A stretch of DNA of 61,141 nucleotides, counting the filler. It is 4 parts of 4 records of this genome, joined end to end, with 100 filler letters (N's around TTAATTAATTAA, not from the genome) between each part and the next. Parts side by side here need not be neighbours in the genome. Positions count along the whole stretch, not along the records: positions 1 to 11,218 come from DRR723986_4125; 3 more parts are not named here. One strand, written 5' to 3'. The position numbers and the translations under genes were made by a program. The notes beneath the pieces are model-generated. The model ran no database searches and was not told where the DNA came from. It was given only the letters and a program-made list of their open reading frames with translations. Below, piece by piece: positions 1-9,118 of this stretch (the first letter of the stretch is position 1; each line of letters starts with the position of its first letter).

Positions 1-170
1 AGGAGCAACCGCCCCGGAAACTCTCAGGCAGAAGGACCGCATGAACTGCAACGCTCTGGAAAGCAGTGCTCCGCAAGTGGGTTTGCGGACTGCTCACCGA
101 AGGAGTAACCGAAAGGCGTCATCGGCGCCGGTCGGGAAATCTCTCAGGTACTCGGACAGAGGGGGTGCAG
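1..170 (+). ncRNA. Tandem glycine riboswitch (first aptamer truncated by window start)
   Basis: Two CTCTCAGG motifs (~21 and ~141); second aptamer has CTCTGGAAAG...CACCGAAGGAG...CTCTCAGG...GACAGAG; directly upstream of gcvT. Confidence 0.93.
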
Positions 171-231
171 ACGGATCAGGACCCATGCGGGCCGGTTCGG
201 GACTGCGCAACCCCGAATACGAGGACCGTTC

Positions 232-1383
232 ATGGCGGAAACCGTTGCAGACGAAGATCTGAAACAAACGCCTCTTCACGACCTTCATGTGGAACTGGGT
301 GCACGCATGGTGCCGTTTGCCGGCTATTCCATGCCCGTGCAGTACAAGGCCGGCATCATGGCCGAGCACCAGCAGACGCGCACGAAGGCCGGCCTTTTCG
401 ACGTCTCCCACATGGGCCAGGCCCTGTTGATCGGTCCCGATCACGAAACGACGGCCCGGGCTCTGGAAGCGCTGACCCCATCCAATTTCGTCGAACTTGG
501 CCACGGCCGTCAGCGCTACACGGTGCTGCTCAACGACGAAGGCGGCATTATCGACGATCTGATGGTCACCCGGCCGCTGTCCGAAGCAGAAGACGGAAAG
601 CTGATGCTGGTGGTCAATGCCTCCCGCAAGGATGTCGACTACGCCCATTTCCGCGACAGACTGCCTGAAAACGTGACCCTTGAAGTGATCGACGATCGTG
701 CGCTGATCGCGGTTCAGGGACCGGAAGCCGTGGCTGCGGTCGCAGCACATGCGCCCAGGGCGGCCGAACTTGGCTTCATGGCCGCCGCACCGATGGAGTT
801 TGACGGTATCGACTGCCACGTTGCCCGTGCCGGCTATACCGGCGAGGACGGCGTGGAGATGTCCGTGCCTGCCGGTGCTGCTGAAGCGATTGCCCGTGCA
901 CTGCTCGCCGACGACAGGGTCGAACCGATTGGGCTCGGGGCCCGCGACAGCCTGCGTCTTGAGGCAGGGCTGTGCCTCTACGGACACGACATTGACGAGA
1001 TGACGTCTCCCGTCGAAGGCGCGATCACCTTCTGCATGCAGAAGCGCCGCCGAGAAGAAGGCGGCTTTCCGGGCGCCGAACGCATTCAGGGCGAACTCGA
1101 AAAGGGACCGGGCCGAGTCCGCGTCGGCCTACGCCTCGATGGCAAGGCACCTGCGCGGGAAGGGGCCGAGATCGCACTGCCCGACGGGCCGGTGATCGGC
1201 ACCGTGACATCCGGCGGTTTCGCACCGACCGTGGGTGCCCCGATCGCAATGGGCTATGTCCCGGTGGAGTACTCCGAAACTGGCACGCCACTTGAATTGA
1301 TCGTCAGAGGCAAGCGCTTGCCCGCTACCGTCGCGGACATGCCGTTTGTTCCGAACCGGTATTACCGCAAACCCAAAGCATAA
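232..1383 (+). CDS. gcvT: Glycine cleavage system T protein (aminomethyltransferase)
   Basis: TPLHDLH, GLFDVSHMG, GYTGEDG, GLGARDSLRLEAG motifs; GAGGA RBS. Confidence 0.97.
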   Translation: MAETVADEDLKQTPLHDLHVELGARMVPFAGYSMPVQYKAGIMAEHQQTRTKAGLFDVSHMGQALLIGPDHETTARALEALTPSNFVELGHGRQRYTVLLNDEGGIIDDLMVTRPLSEAEDGKLMLVVNASRKDVDYAHFRDRLPENVTLEVIDDRALIAVQGPEAVAAVAAHAPRAAELGFMAAAPMEFDGIDCHVARAGYTGEDGVEMSVPAGAAEAIARALLADDRVEPIGLGARDSLRLEAGLCLYGHDIDEMTSPVEGAITFCMQKRRREEGGFPGAERIQGELEKGPGRVRVGLRLDGKAPAREGAEIALPDGPVIGTVTSGGFAPTVGAPIAMGYVPVEYSETGTPLELIVRGKRLPATVADMPFVPNRYYRKPKA

Positions 1384-1409
1384 ATCTTTCCAGATAACGG
1401 ACGCACAAT

Positions 1410-1781
1410 ATGACCACCTATTACTCCAAGGACCACGAGTGGATCGCCGTAGAAGGCGACAAAGCCACCATCGGCATCACGACTTACGCGCAGGAGCAGC
1501 TCGGCGACGTCGTTTACGTCGAACTGCCGGAAGCCGGCAAGGCGCTGTCACAGGGCGATGAAGCCGCCGTCGTGGAATCCGTCAAGGCCGCCAGTGAAGT
1601 CTACGCTCCGATCGACGGTGAAGTCGTTGAAGCCAACGATGCGCTGGTGGACGAGCCGGCCAAGGTGAACGAAGATCCCGAAGGCGCTGCATGGTTCATC
1701 AAGATGACCGTCGGCAATGCGGATCAGCTGTCCGACCTGATGGACGCGGCAGCCTACAAGGCGTACGTGGAGACGTTGTAA
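1410..1781 (+). CDS. gcvH: Glycine cleavage system H protein (lipoyl carrier)
   Basis: [12 protein letters not shown] lipoyl-lysine motif. Confidence 0.97.
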   Translation: MTTYYSKDHEWIAVEGDKATIGITTYAQEQLGDVVYVELPEAGKALSQGDEAAVVESVKAASEVYAPIDGEVVEANDALVDEPAKVNEDPEGAAWFIKMTVGNADQLSDLMDAAAYKAYVETL

Positions 1782-1784
1782 TTC

Positions 1785-2270
1785 ATGGCAGGGCACTACT
1801 ACACGGCACAGGTGGAATGGGCATGCGACGGCGACTATGCCGCAAACGCCTATTCCAGAGGGCACATCTGGCGTTTTGACGGTGGTTTGGAGATCCCGGC
1901 AAGCGCTTCGCCCACGGTGGTACCCCTGCCATATTCCATCGAGGCCGCCGTCGATCCGGAAGAGGCTTTCGTCGCCGCTATCTCCTCCTGCCACATGATG
2001 TCCTTCCTGGATCTTGCCCGGCGGGCGAATTTCGTTGTCGCCAGTTACAGCGACCGTGCCCAGGGCGAAATGAGTCGGGTGGCACGGGGCAAGATGGCAA
2101 TCACGAAAGTGGTGCTGCGACCGGTTATCACGCTGGTTGCGGCCGAGGACCCGGATCCGACCTGGCTGACCGATCTGCATGAAAAGGCGCATGACGTCTG
2201 TTTCATCGCCAACTCCGTGAAGTGCGAGATCGTTGTGGAGCCCGAACCGCTCCGCCTCGTCGCACCGTGA
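1785..2270 (+). CDS. OsmC/Ohr family peroxiredoxin-like protein
   Basis: DPEEAFVAAISSCHM and HEKAHDVCFIANSV with the two conserved Cys. Confidence 0.9.
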   Translation: MAGHYYTAQVEWACDGDYAANAYSRGHIWRFDGGLEIPASASPTVVPLPYSIEAAVDPEEAFVAAISSCHMMSFLDLARRANFVVASYSDRAQGEMSRVARGKMAITKVVLRPVITLVAAEDPDPTWLTDLHEKAHDVCFIANSVKCEIVVEPEPLRLVAP

Positions 2271-2483
2271 CTTTCCGGAACCGGCCGCACGAAGTCGCAG
2301 CCGGTTCCCTGTTCTGGATGGTGACCAGTTCTCTTCTCTGTGCGTCTGCACAGCGCCACCGCGCCGAGCAGGAAACGGGGAGCCCGTATCCGGAAGCTTG
2401 TCAGTTCTCCGGTTCCGGGCTGATGAAGCGAGAGCGTGGTTTTCGCCGGTCCGATTTTTGATCAAACCCTTGGGAGCTGCCTG

Positions 2484-3830
2484 ATGCGCTACCTGCCTTT
2501 GAACGATACCGACCGCAGCGACATGCTCGCGCGTGTCGGCGTCAAATCCGTCGATGAACTCTTTGCGGATATCCCTGAAGACGTTCGCATGAAGGGTCTG
2601 CTCGACCTTCCCAAACGAGCCAGCGAAATGGAAGTGGAGCGCAAGCTCTCTGCCATGGCATCGAAGAACACTGCGGCCGGCTCCGTACCGTTCTTCGTCG
2701 GCGCAGGTGCCTACAAGCACCATGTGCCGGCAACGGTCGACCACCTGATCCAGCGGTCGGAGTTCCTGACCTCCTATACGCCCTATCAGCCGGAAATCAC
2801 GCAAGGTACGCTTCAGTACCTGTTCGAGTTCCAGACCCAGGTAGCGCGCCTTACCGCAATGGATGTCGCCAACGCGTCCATGTATGACGGCTCCACCGGC
2901 ACCGGTGAAGCCGTGCTGATGGCGCACCGGGTGACCAAGCGCAACAAGGCCGTGCTTTCCGGCGGGCTGCATCCGCAGTACCGGGAAGTCGTCGAAGGCC
3001 TGTCCAACATGGCCGGCGATCGGGTCGTCAGCCTGCCGGCAGACCCGACGGGCACCGAAGACATCCTGTCACAGATCGATGACGAGACGTCTTGCGTTGT
3101 CGTCCAGTCGCCGTCGTTCTATGGCCAGCTGATCGACCTGAAGCCGATTGCCGAAAAGGCGCACCAGCACAAGGCGCTGCTGATCGCGGTCTTCACAGAA
3201 GTGGTGTCGCTCGGCCTGATCGAACCGCCGGGAACACAAGGCGCGGATATCGTGGTCGGTGAAGGCCAGTCCATCGGCAACGGCCTCAATTTCGGTGGTC
3301 CTTATGTCGGTCTCTTCGCCACCCGCCAGCAATATGTCCGCCAGATGCCGGGCCGGCTCTGCGGTGAGACGGTGGATGCGGAAGGCAAGCGCGGTTTCGT
3401 GCTGACGCTGTCCACCCGCGAACAGCATATCCGCCGCGACAAGGCAACGTCGAACATCTGCACCAACTCCGGTCTCTGCTGCCTTGCCTTCACCATTCAC
3501 ATGTCGCTGTTGGGGCAGGCCGGGTTGACCAAACTCGCCCGCATCAACCATGGCAACGCGGTGAAGCTGAAGAAGCTTCTTGCCGGCGTGCCTGGTGTCG
3601 AGGTTCTGAACTCGGCCTATTTCAACGAGTTCACGATTGCGCTGCCGAAGGTGGCCGAGGACGTGGTCGAGCAACTGGCCGAACGTGGCGTTCTCGCGGG
3701 CCTGCCGGTCTCACGCCTGGAGCCGGGCAGCAAGGATCTCGCGAACCTGTTGGTCGTCGCGTCGACCGAAGTCAATACGGATGAAGACCGCGCGGCCTTT
3801 GCGGACGCGCTGAAGGAGGTGCTGGCATGA
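2484..3830 (+). CDS. gcvPA: Glycine dehydrogenase subunit 1
   Basis: MRYLP start (ATG 2484 preferred over 2436), [36 protein letters not shown]. Confidence 0.96.
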   Translation: MRYLPLNDTDRSDMLARVGVKSVDELFADIPEDVRMKGLLDLPKRASEMEVERKLSAMASKNTAAGSVPFFVGAGAYKHHVPATVDHLIQRSEFLTSYTPYQPEITQGTLQYLFEFQTQVARLTAMDVANASMYDGSTGTGEAVLMAHRVTKRNKAVLSGGLHPQYREVVEGLSNMAGDRVVSLPADPTGTEDILSQIDDETSCVVVQSPSFYGQLIDLKPIAEKAHQHKALLIAVFTEVVSLGLIEPPGTQGADIVVGEGQSIGNGLNFGGPYVGLFATRQQYVRQMPGRLCGETVDAEGKRGFVLTLSTREQHIRRDKATSNICTNSGLCCLAFTIHMSLLGQAGLTKLARINHGNAVKLKKLLAGVPGVEVLNSAYFNEFTIALPKVAEDVVEQLAERGVLAGLPVSRLEPGSKDLANLLVVASTEVNTDEDRAAFADALKEVLA

Positions 3831-5419
3831 GCATGAACACGCAAGGCCGCCCGACCGCAGCAGGTGATGCCGGGGATGCTTTCCGCCCGAAGACCTTCAC
3901 CGGCAACCGTGGTCTCGATATGGAAGAGCCGCTGATTTTCGAATTCGGCTCGCTGGAAACCACCGGCGTCGATCTCGACGAGGACGAAAGCGCCGAGTTC
4001 GAGCTTGGCAGCTTCAAGCGCAAGGCCGAGATCGGTCTGCCGGGCCTCGCCGAACCGGAAGCCATGCGCCACTATGTGCGCCTGTCGCGGAACAACTATG
4101 CCATCGACAGCGGTCTCTATCCGCTCGGCTCGTGCACCATGAAGCACAATCCGCGCCTCAACGAGAAAATGGCCCGTCTGCCGGGCTTCGCGGACATCCA
4201 TCCGCTTCAGCCGGTCTCCTCGGTGCCCGGCGCACTGGAACTGATCGATGCGCTTGCCCACTGGCTGATGGTGTCCACCAACACCTCCGCCGTCGCGATG
4301 AGCCCGAAAGCCGGTGCCCATGGCGAATTGTGCGGTATGATGGCAATCAAGGCAGCCCACACTGCTGCCGGTCGTGATCCGAAGATCGTTCTGGTGCCGG
4401 AAAGCGCCCATGGCACCAACCCGGCAACGGCAGCGCTCTTGGGTTACAAGGTCGTCAACATCGATGCCAAGGACGACGGGACCGTCGATCTGGAGGCACT
4501 GAAGAAGACCATTGCCGAACACGAAGGCAACATCGCCGGCATCATGCTGACCAACCCGAACACCTGCGGGCTGTTCGAACGGGAAGTGAAGCAGATCGCC
4601 GATCTGATTCACAAGGCGGATGCCTATTTCTACTGCGATGGCGCCAACTTCAACGCCATCGTCGGCAAGGCCCGCCCGGGAGATCTTGGCGTCGACGCCA
4701 TGCATATCAACCTGCACAAGACCTTCTCGACGCCTCACGGCGGCGGTGGCCCGGGTTCCGGTCCGGTCGTCCTGTCCCAGAGACTGGCTCCTTTCGCGCC
4801 GTTGCCGTTCATCCGCAAGACGGAAAAAGGTGTCGAACTGGTCGAAACCGAAGCTGCCACCAAGGACGGCGAGCAGCCATTCGGCCGCATGACCGCGTTC
4901 CACGGCCAGATGGGCATGTACGTGCGGGCTCTGTCCTACATGATGAGCCACGGCTCCGACGGTCTGCGGCAGGCGTCTGAAGATGCGGTGCTGAATGCGA
5001 ACTATATTCGCGTCGGCCTGCAGGACCTGATGAGCCTGCCCTTTGGCGAGCGTCCTTGCATGCACGAAGTGCTGTTCGACGACAGCTTCCTGAAGGACAC
5101 CGGCGTGACCACGCTCGACTTCGCCAAGGCGATGATCGACGAGGGCTATCATCCGATGACCATGTACTTCCCGCTGGTTGTCCATGGCGCGATGCTGATC
5201 GAGCCGACGGAATCGGAAAGCCGGGCTGCGCTCGACCTTTTCGTCGCCACCATGCGCGATCTCGTGATGAGTGCAAAGCGCGGCGAAACGGAACGCTTCT
5301 CCGGCGCACCGTACCTTGCCCCGCGCCGCCGTCTGGACGAAACGGGTGCAGCTCGCAAGCCGGTCCTGAAATGGACCGAGCCGGCTCCGGCCGAAGTGAC
5401 CCCGGCTGCTGCCGAGTAG
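3827..5419 (+). CDS. gcvPB: Glycine dehydrogenase subunit 2
   Basis: [32 protein letters not shown] lysine; ATGA overlap with gcvPA. Confidence 0.96.
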   Translation: MSMNTQGRPTAAGDAGDAFRPKTFTGNRGLDMEEPLIFEFGSLETTGVDLDEDESAEFELGSFKRKAEIGLPGLAEPEAMRHYVRLSRNNYAIDSGLYPLGSCTMKHNPRLNEKMARLPGFADIHPLQPVSSVPGALELIDALAHWLMVSTNTSAVAMSPKAGAHGELCGMMAIKAAHTAAGRDPKIVLVPESAHGTNPATAALLGYKVVNIDAKDDGTVDLEALKKTIAEHEGNIAGIMLTNPNTCGLFEREVKQIADLIHKADAYFYCDGANFNAIVGKARPGDLGVDAMHINLHKTFSTPHGGGGPGSGPVVLSQRLAPFAPLPFIRKTEKGVELVETEAATKDGEQPFGRMTAFHGQMGMYVRALSYMMSHGSDGLRQASEDAVLNANYIRVGLQDLMSLPFGERPCMHEVLFDDSFLKDTGVTTLDFAKAMIDEGYHPMTMYFPLVVHGAMLIEPTESESRAALDLFVATMRDLVMSAKRGETERFSGAPYLAPRRRLDETGAARKPVLKWTEPAPAEVTPAAAE

Positions 5420-5443
5420 CGCGGGGACAAATTTTCAAGGATG

Positions 5444-5470
5444 AAAACCCCGGCTTCGGCCGGGGTTTTT
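5444..5470 (+). terminator. Rho-independent terminator of gcv operon
   Basis: AAAACCCCGGC-TTCG-GCCGGGGTTTTT. Confidence 0.88.
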
Positions 5471-5637
5471 AGTTTCCATGTCCGTCAGTTTGTCTACTCG
5501 GACATTCGCTGCGCTCCTTCCGGGCAGAAGGAGTCTGCCATCTTCATCGTGTTCTCTCTCACACTTCTAAGGTCCCTGATTCAAACAGCGCTGGGTATCT
5601 GGTTGGACCAAGTTCAAAAACAACGGCGAAAATCTTA

Positions 5638-5676
5638 TTGACAATATAAATGTCAAAATGACATATAAATTGTCAA
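5638..5676. promoter_or_regulatory. Two tandem TGACA-N7-TGTCA palindromes, likely MarR operators overlapping the promoter
   Basis: TTGACAatataaaTGTCAA (5638-5656) and aTGACAtataaatTGTCAA (5658-5676), just upstream of a MarR gene. Confidence 0.7.
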
Positions 5677-5687
5677 ATGAGGTGCAC

Positions 5688-6155
5688 ATGAAAAAATCCG
5701 TAGAGCTTTATGAAATCATCCGCCTGATACGCCCCGTGCACCGCCGGCTTGCGCGGGCGGTGGAGGCCAAGCTGGAGGGAACCGGCGTGACCGTCGGTAT
5801 GCGAGCGGTCATGGAAGTGCTGGAGGAGGCCGGGCCGATGGCGGTACCCGAGATCGGCCGGGCGCTGTTTCTTGCCCGCCAGCAGATCCAGCTGCTGATG
5901 AACGCTCTGGAAGAGCAGGGACTGGTCGAGCGCCGGGCCAATCCGGCGCACAAGCGATCACCACTGTTTGCCTTGAACGAATCGGGGCACGACCGGTTCG
6001 GCGAAATCCGGGCACGGGAGACTGACGAAATCGAGACAGTCTGCGAGCTCTTCTCGGACGACGATTTGCGTTCCACGCAGCGGGTGCTCTGCACCATGCT
6101 TGATCATTTTGCCGCGTTCGAGGACGACCCGGATCGGCCCAAGGCACTGGAATAA
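5688..6155 (+). CDS. MarR family transcriptional regulator
   Basis: Winged HTH, GLVERRANPAHKRS; start 5688 follows a GAGGTG RBS. Confidence 0.88.
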   Translation: MKKSVELYEIIRLIRPVHRRLARAVEAKLEGTGVTVGMRAVMEVLEEAGPMAVPEIGRALFLARQQIQLLMNALEEQGLVERRANPAHKRSPLFALNESGHDRFGEIRARETDEIETVCELFSDDDLRSTQRVLCTMLDHFAAFEDDPDRPKALE

Positions 6156-6177
6156 TTTCACGAACAGGAGAGGTCAC

Positions 6178-6822
6178 ATGACCGGTATCTGGATTGCGGC
6201 CGGGCTCTGTGCCGCAGGCGTTGTCGCCTATATCGTTTATTGCCTGCGGCGGCTGGGAACGCCGACCAAGGGCGCAAGCATCGACAGGTCAATGCGGCCA
6301 GGCACGGCTCTGGTGGTCATCGACGTGCAGGAGGACTTCACCAGGAACACCGGCAAACACGCTTTTGACCCAGGCCAGAGAGACGCCGTGCTTGCCGAAA
6401 TAGGACGCCAGGTGGAAGCGCACCGGATGGCAGGCCACCAGGTCGCTTTCGTCAAGAATGTCTTCCGCGACTGGCCGGTGATCGTGGCCATGAAGATGTC
6501 GGCGGGCGGTATCGGCACACCGGGGCGAGACGGTTTGAAGCTCGACCGAACACTTGCTGTCGGCAATGCTCCGGTCTTTGAGAAGTCGATCGGTGACAGT
6601 TTCTCCAGTCCGCAATTTGAAGCCTGGCTTGAGGAAAAGCGGATCGGACGGCTGGTCCTGGTTGGGCTTGATGCCTGTCATTGCGTTCAGCTGACCGCAA
6701 AGGGTGCGTTGAACCGGGGATATGACGTCGAAATCAGGGATCCTGCGACACTAACCACGACGCCGGACAGATGGACGGACCTCAAAGGCGAGTTGGGCAA
6801 ACTCGGCGCAGCCTTCGCCTGA
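6178..6822 (+). CDS. Isochorismatase/cysteine hydrolase with N-terminal membrane anchor
   Basis: ALVVIDVQEDF, K...DSFS, GLDACHCV; AGGAGAGG RBS before ATG 6178. Confidence 0.85.
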   Translation: MTGIWIAAGLCAAGVVAYIVYCLRRLGTPTKGASIDRSMRPGTALVVIDVQEDFTRNTGKHAFDPGQRDAVLAEIGRQVEAHRMAGHQVAFVKNVFRDWPVIVAMKMSAGGIGTPGRDGLKLDRTLAVGNAPVFEKSIGDSFSSPQFEAWLEEKRIGRLVLVGLDACHCVQLTAKGALNRGYDVEIRDPATLTTTPDRWTDLKGELGKLGAAFA

Positions 6823-6864
6823 AACAGGCGCAGTCGGAGCCATGTCCGGCTGCGCTTGAAGGCC

Positions 6865-7569
6865 TCAGTGTGCGACCAGGAGTGATCGCTCCCGGCTGCG
6901 CAAGTCGAGAAGTTGGGAGATCCAGCTATTTCGGTTTTGCAGAAAGGCGGTCAAAAGCGCTGGATAGTCCGCAGTAACTGCTTCTTGAACCGATGTACGG
7001 GCCGCAAGCTTGCCACGCCACGCAAGAACCCGGTCGAGGTCGTCAAACATTTCAAGCGTCAAGAACGTCTCAAAGACATCGAAATAGCGGAACACCGGGG
7101 CGAAAGCCGCATCGACGAGCGAAAAGGCTCTGCCGGCGAAGAAGGGACCGTCCGGATCAAGTTCGCCTTCCAGATGACGGAACTTTGCACGAAGTGCTTC
7201 ACCCGCAGCATAAAACCCGGTGTCGTCCCTGGCGTTGTAGAGCGCGCCGATGCCGTTCAGGATCTGCGAGGCGAATTCGATATAGGCCCGGTGCCGCGCG
7301 CGTTCGGCAGGGTCTTCCGGGTGCAGCCGGCTCCCTTCTGTCTCGTCCAGGAATTCGACGATCGGGGCGGATTCGAAGAGATAGCGATCACCACCCAGTT
7401 TCAGCAGCGGCACCTTGCCGAGTGGTGAGGCCGCGCGGAACCAGTCAGGTTTGTCGGCAAGGTCGATGGTAACCCGGTCAAACGGAACATTCTTTTCATG
7501 AAGGACGATCGCCGCGCGCTGCACGTAAGGGCAAAGCGCATGGCTGATCAGGGTAAGTGTGTCGGGCAT
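6865..7569 (-). CDS. Glutathione S-transferase family protein
   Basis: SHALCPYVQR, PLGKVPLL, LFESAPI; GGAG RBS before ATG 7569. Confidence 0.92.
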   Translation of the reverse strand: MPDTLTLISHALCPYVQRAAIVLHEKNVPFDRVTIDLADKPDWFRAASPLGKVPLLKLGGDRYLFESAPIVEFLDETEGSRLHPEDPAERARHRAYIEFASQILNGIGALYNARDDTGFYAAGEALRAKFRHLEGELDPDGPFFAGRAFSLVDAAFAPVFRYFDVFETFLTLEMFDDLDRVLAWRGKLAARTSVQEAVTADYPALLTAFLQNRNSWISQLLDLRSRERSLLVAH

Positions 7570-7580
7570 CTGGAAACTCC

Positions 7581-7644
7581 TTTTCATGCATCTGCATCAA
7601 GATGGATGCAGATGCATGAAAAATCAAGATTGATGCAATTGCAT
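7581..7644. promoter_or_regulatory. Three ATGCA-N2-TGCAT palindromes, likely MarR operators in a divergent promoter
   Basis: 7586-7597, 7606-7617, 7633-7644; the first two lie in an 18-bp-arm perfect inverted repeat (7581-7598/7605-7622). Confidence 0.72.
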
Positions 7645-7664
7645 AAATTTTCTATTTCTTGTCC

Positions 7665-8108
7665 ATGAGCAATTCCGCCGAAACCGTCCCTAAGGCCATC
7701 GACGCCTGGGCCCGTCTGCAGCGTGCAAGCGGCAACGTGCTGGCACGGGTCGAGGCACGCCTGAAGGCGGCCGGTTTCCCACCTCTTGGTTGGTACGATG
7801 TGCTGCTGGAATTAAGCCGGGCAGAGGACAAAACTCTGCGACCGGTCGAAATCGAAAAGCGGATGCTGCTGGCCCAGTACAATGTTTCGCGCCTGCTCGA
7901 CCGGCTGGCCGCTGCGGGCTACATCGAAAAGCTGAAGAGCCCGGAAGACGGTAGAGGTGTCTCGGTGCGTCTGACCCAGGAAGGGGAGATGCTCTTGAAG
8001 GCCATGTGGCCGTGTTACCGGGCAGCGGTGGAAACCGAATTCACAAGGCATCTGGAGCCGGGGGACACCGAAGCGCTCTGGAGGGTGCTGGGCAAACTGG
8101 TGCAGTGA
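7665..8108 (+). CDS. MarR family transcriptional regulator
   Basis: WYDVLLEL, YNVSRLLDRL, EDGRG wing motif; divergent from GST; start may be 7659. Confidence 0.9.
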   Translation: MSNSAETVPKAIDAWARLQRASGNVLARVEARLKAAGFPPLGWYDVLLELSRAEDKTLRPVEIEKRMLLAQYNVSRLLDRLAAAGYIEKLKSPEDGRGVSVRLTQEGEMLLKAMWPCYRAAVETEFTRHLEPGDTEALWRVLGKLVQ

Positions 8109-8205
8109 CGTCTGTTCCCGGGGAGTGAACACACTGTTTCCGCATGACAGGCCAAAACATGCGTATAAGGTCGGCAAACCTTCTCTCTGACCGGACCTGA
8201 AACCC

Positions 8206-8790
8206 ATGACCAACACCACCAATCTGGATGAACGGACCGGACTTCCGCAGGAGTGGCTGTTCCTTCTGAAAGAACATCCGCGCGAAGACTGGCCGGGTCA
8301 CCGGAACCTCGGCCCACTGACCGAATTCTGGCTCGCACGGCATAATGGCTTCCGTCAGCTCGGTGCTGACCTGGATACGATCCTGACCGACTTCCGCGAA
8401 CAACGGCTCCCGGTAAACCGTTTCGGCAACCTCTTTGCACCGCGTCTGCAACAGTTTCTCAGTGAGCTGCATCACCACCACATGATCGAGGATGAGCACT
8501 ATTTCCCGGTGTTCATGGAAGCCGAAAAGCGCCTGGTGGATGGCTTCGAGCTGCTGGAGGGCGACCACGAACTGATCCACCATCGCATTGAGGCGGTGAT
8601 CAAGAGCGCCAACAAGCTGTTCGGGCAATTGCAGACGAAAGACCGCGATGCCATCCGCCGCGCGGCCGACAGTTTCGCCGGTGTCAGCGACACCCTGATC
8701 TCCGGCCTGATGCGCCATCTGGATGACGAGGAAGACCTGATCGTTCCGGTTATCCTGGATCGCGGCGAACGGAAACTCGGGTTGTCGTAA
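8206..8790 (+). CDS. Hemerythrin/HHE cation-binding domain protein
   Basis: H...HHHHMIEDEHYFP...DHELIH...HLDDEEDLIVP pattern. Confidence 0.85.
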   Translation: MTNTTNLDERTGLPQEWLFLLKEHPREDWPGHRNLGPLTEFWLARHNGFRQLGADLDTILTDFREQRLPVNRFGNLFAPRLQQFLSELHHHHMIEDEHYFPVFMEAEKRLVDGFELLEGDHELIHHRIEAVIKSANKLFGQLQTKDRDAIRRAADSFAGVSDTLISGLMRHLDDEEDLIVPVILDRGERKLGLS

Positions 8791-8951
8791 CGCGGCCAGA
8801 TGTGCGGAAGCGCACGCCTGTCGCCCTGGGTTAGGTGGGATTTCTTGACCGCGCGCAGCCTTGAGGCATTCCGGTTACACTTGCCGGGGTCTGGAACGTC
8901 ACGAACACAACAGGCTTGACTCTTTTCCCGCCCTAACGCATTTAAGCTGGC

Positions 8952-9017
8952 ATGACCAAGATGAGCGCATCCTTCGTGTATTTTTATTACGTCACCGACA
9001 TACCGGCGGCTGCGTAG
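8952..9017 (+). CDS. Putative tyrS leader (attenuator) peptide MTKMSASFVYFYYVTDIPAAA
   Basis: ATG 8952 (alternative 8961) to TAG 9015-9017; TTC GTG TAT TTT TAT TAC control-codon cluster; followed by a terminator and tyrS. Confidence 0.75.
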   Translation: MTKMSASFVYFYYVTDIPAAA

Positions 9018-9043
9018 GATCTTGTTCACCCCATAGACACCTC

Positions 9044-9070
9044 AAAAGCCGCCGCGTCAGGCGGCTTTTT
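9044..9070 (+). terminator. Attenuator terminator in tyrS leader
   Basis: AAAAGCCGCC-GCGTCA-GGCGGCTTTTT; left arm can alternatively pair with GGCGGCT 9005-9011. Confidence 0.8.
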
Positions 9071-9118
9071 GGTTTCTAGAGACCCGAGCTTCCTGGCGGG
9101 GGAACCAGGAAGCGAAAA

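Noticed and set aside
3617-5185. Long antisense ORFs (1548-2972, 3617-5185, 27563-28858, 56063-58207 and others)
   Set aside because: Shadow frames of well-conserved genes in GC-rich DNA, with no motifs
8790-9070. T-box riboswitch upstream of tyrS
   Set aside because: No TGGNACC T-box bulge or stem I motifs seen; the leader-peptide model explains the hairpins better
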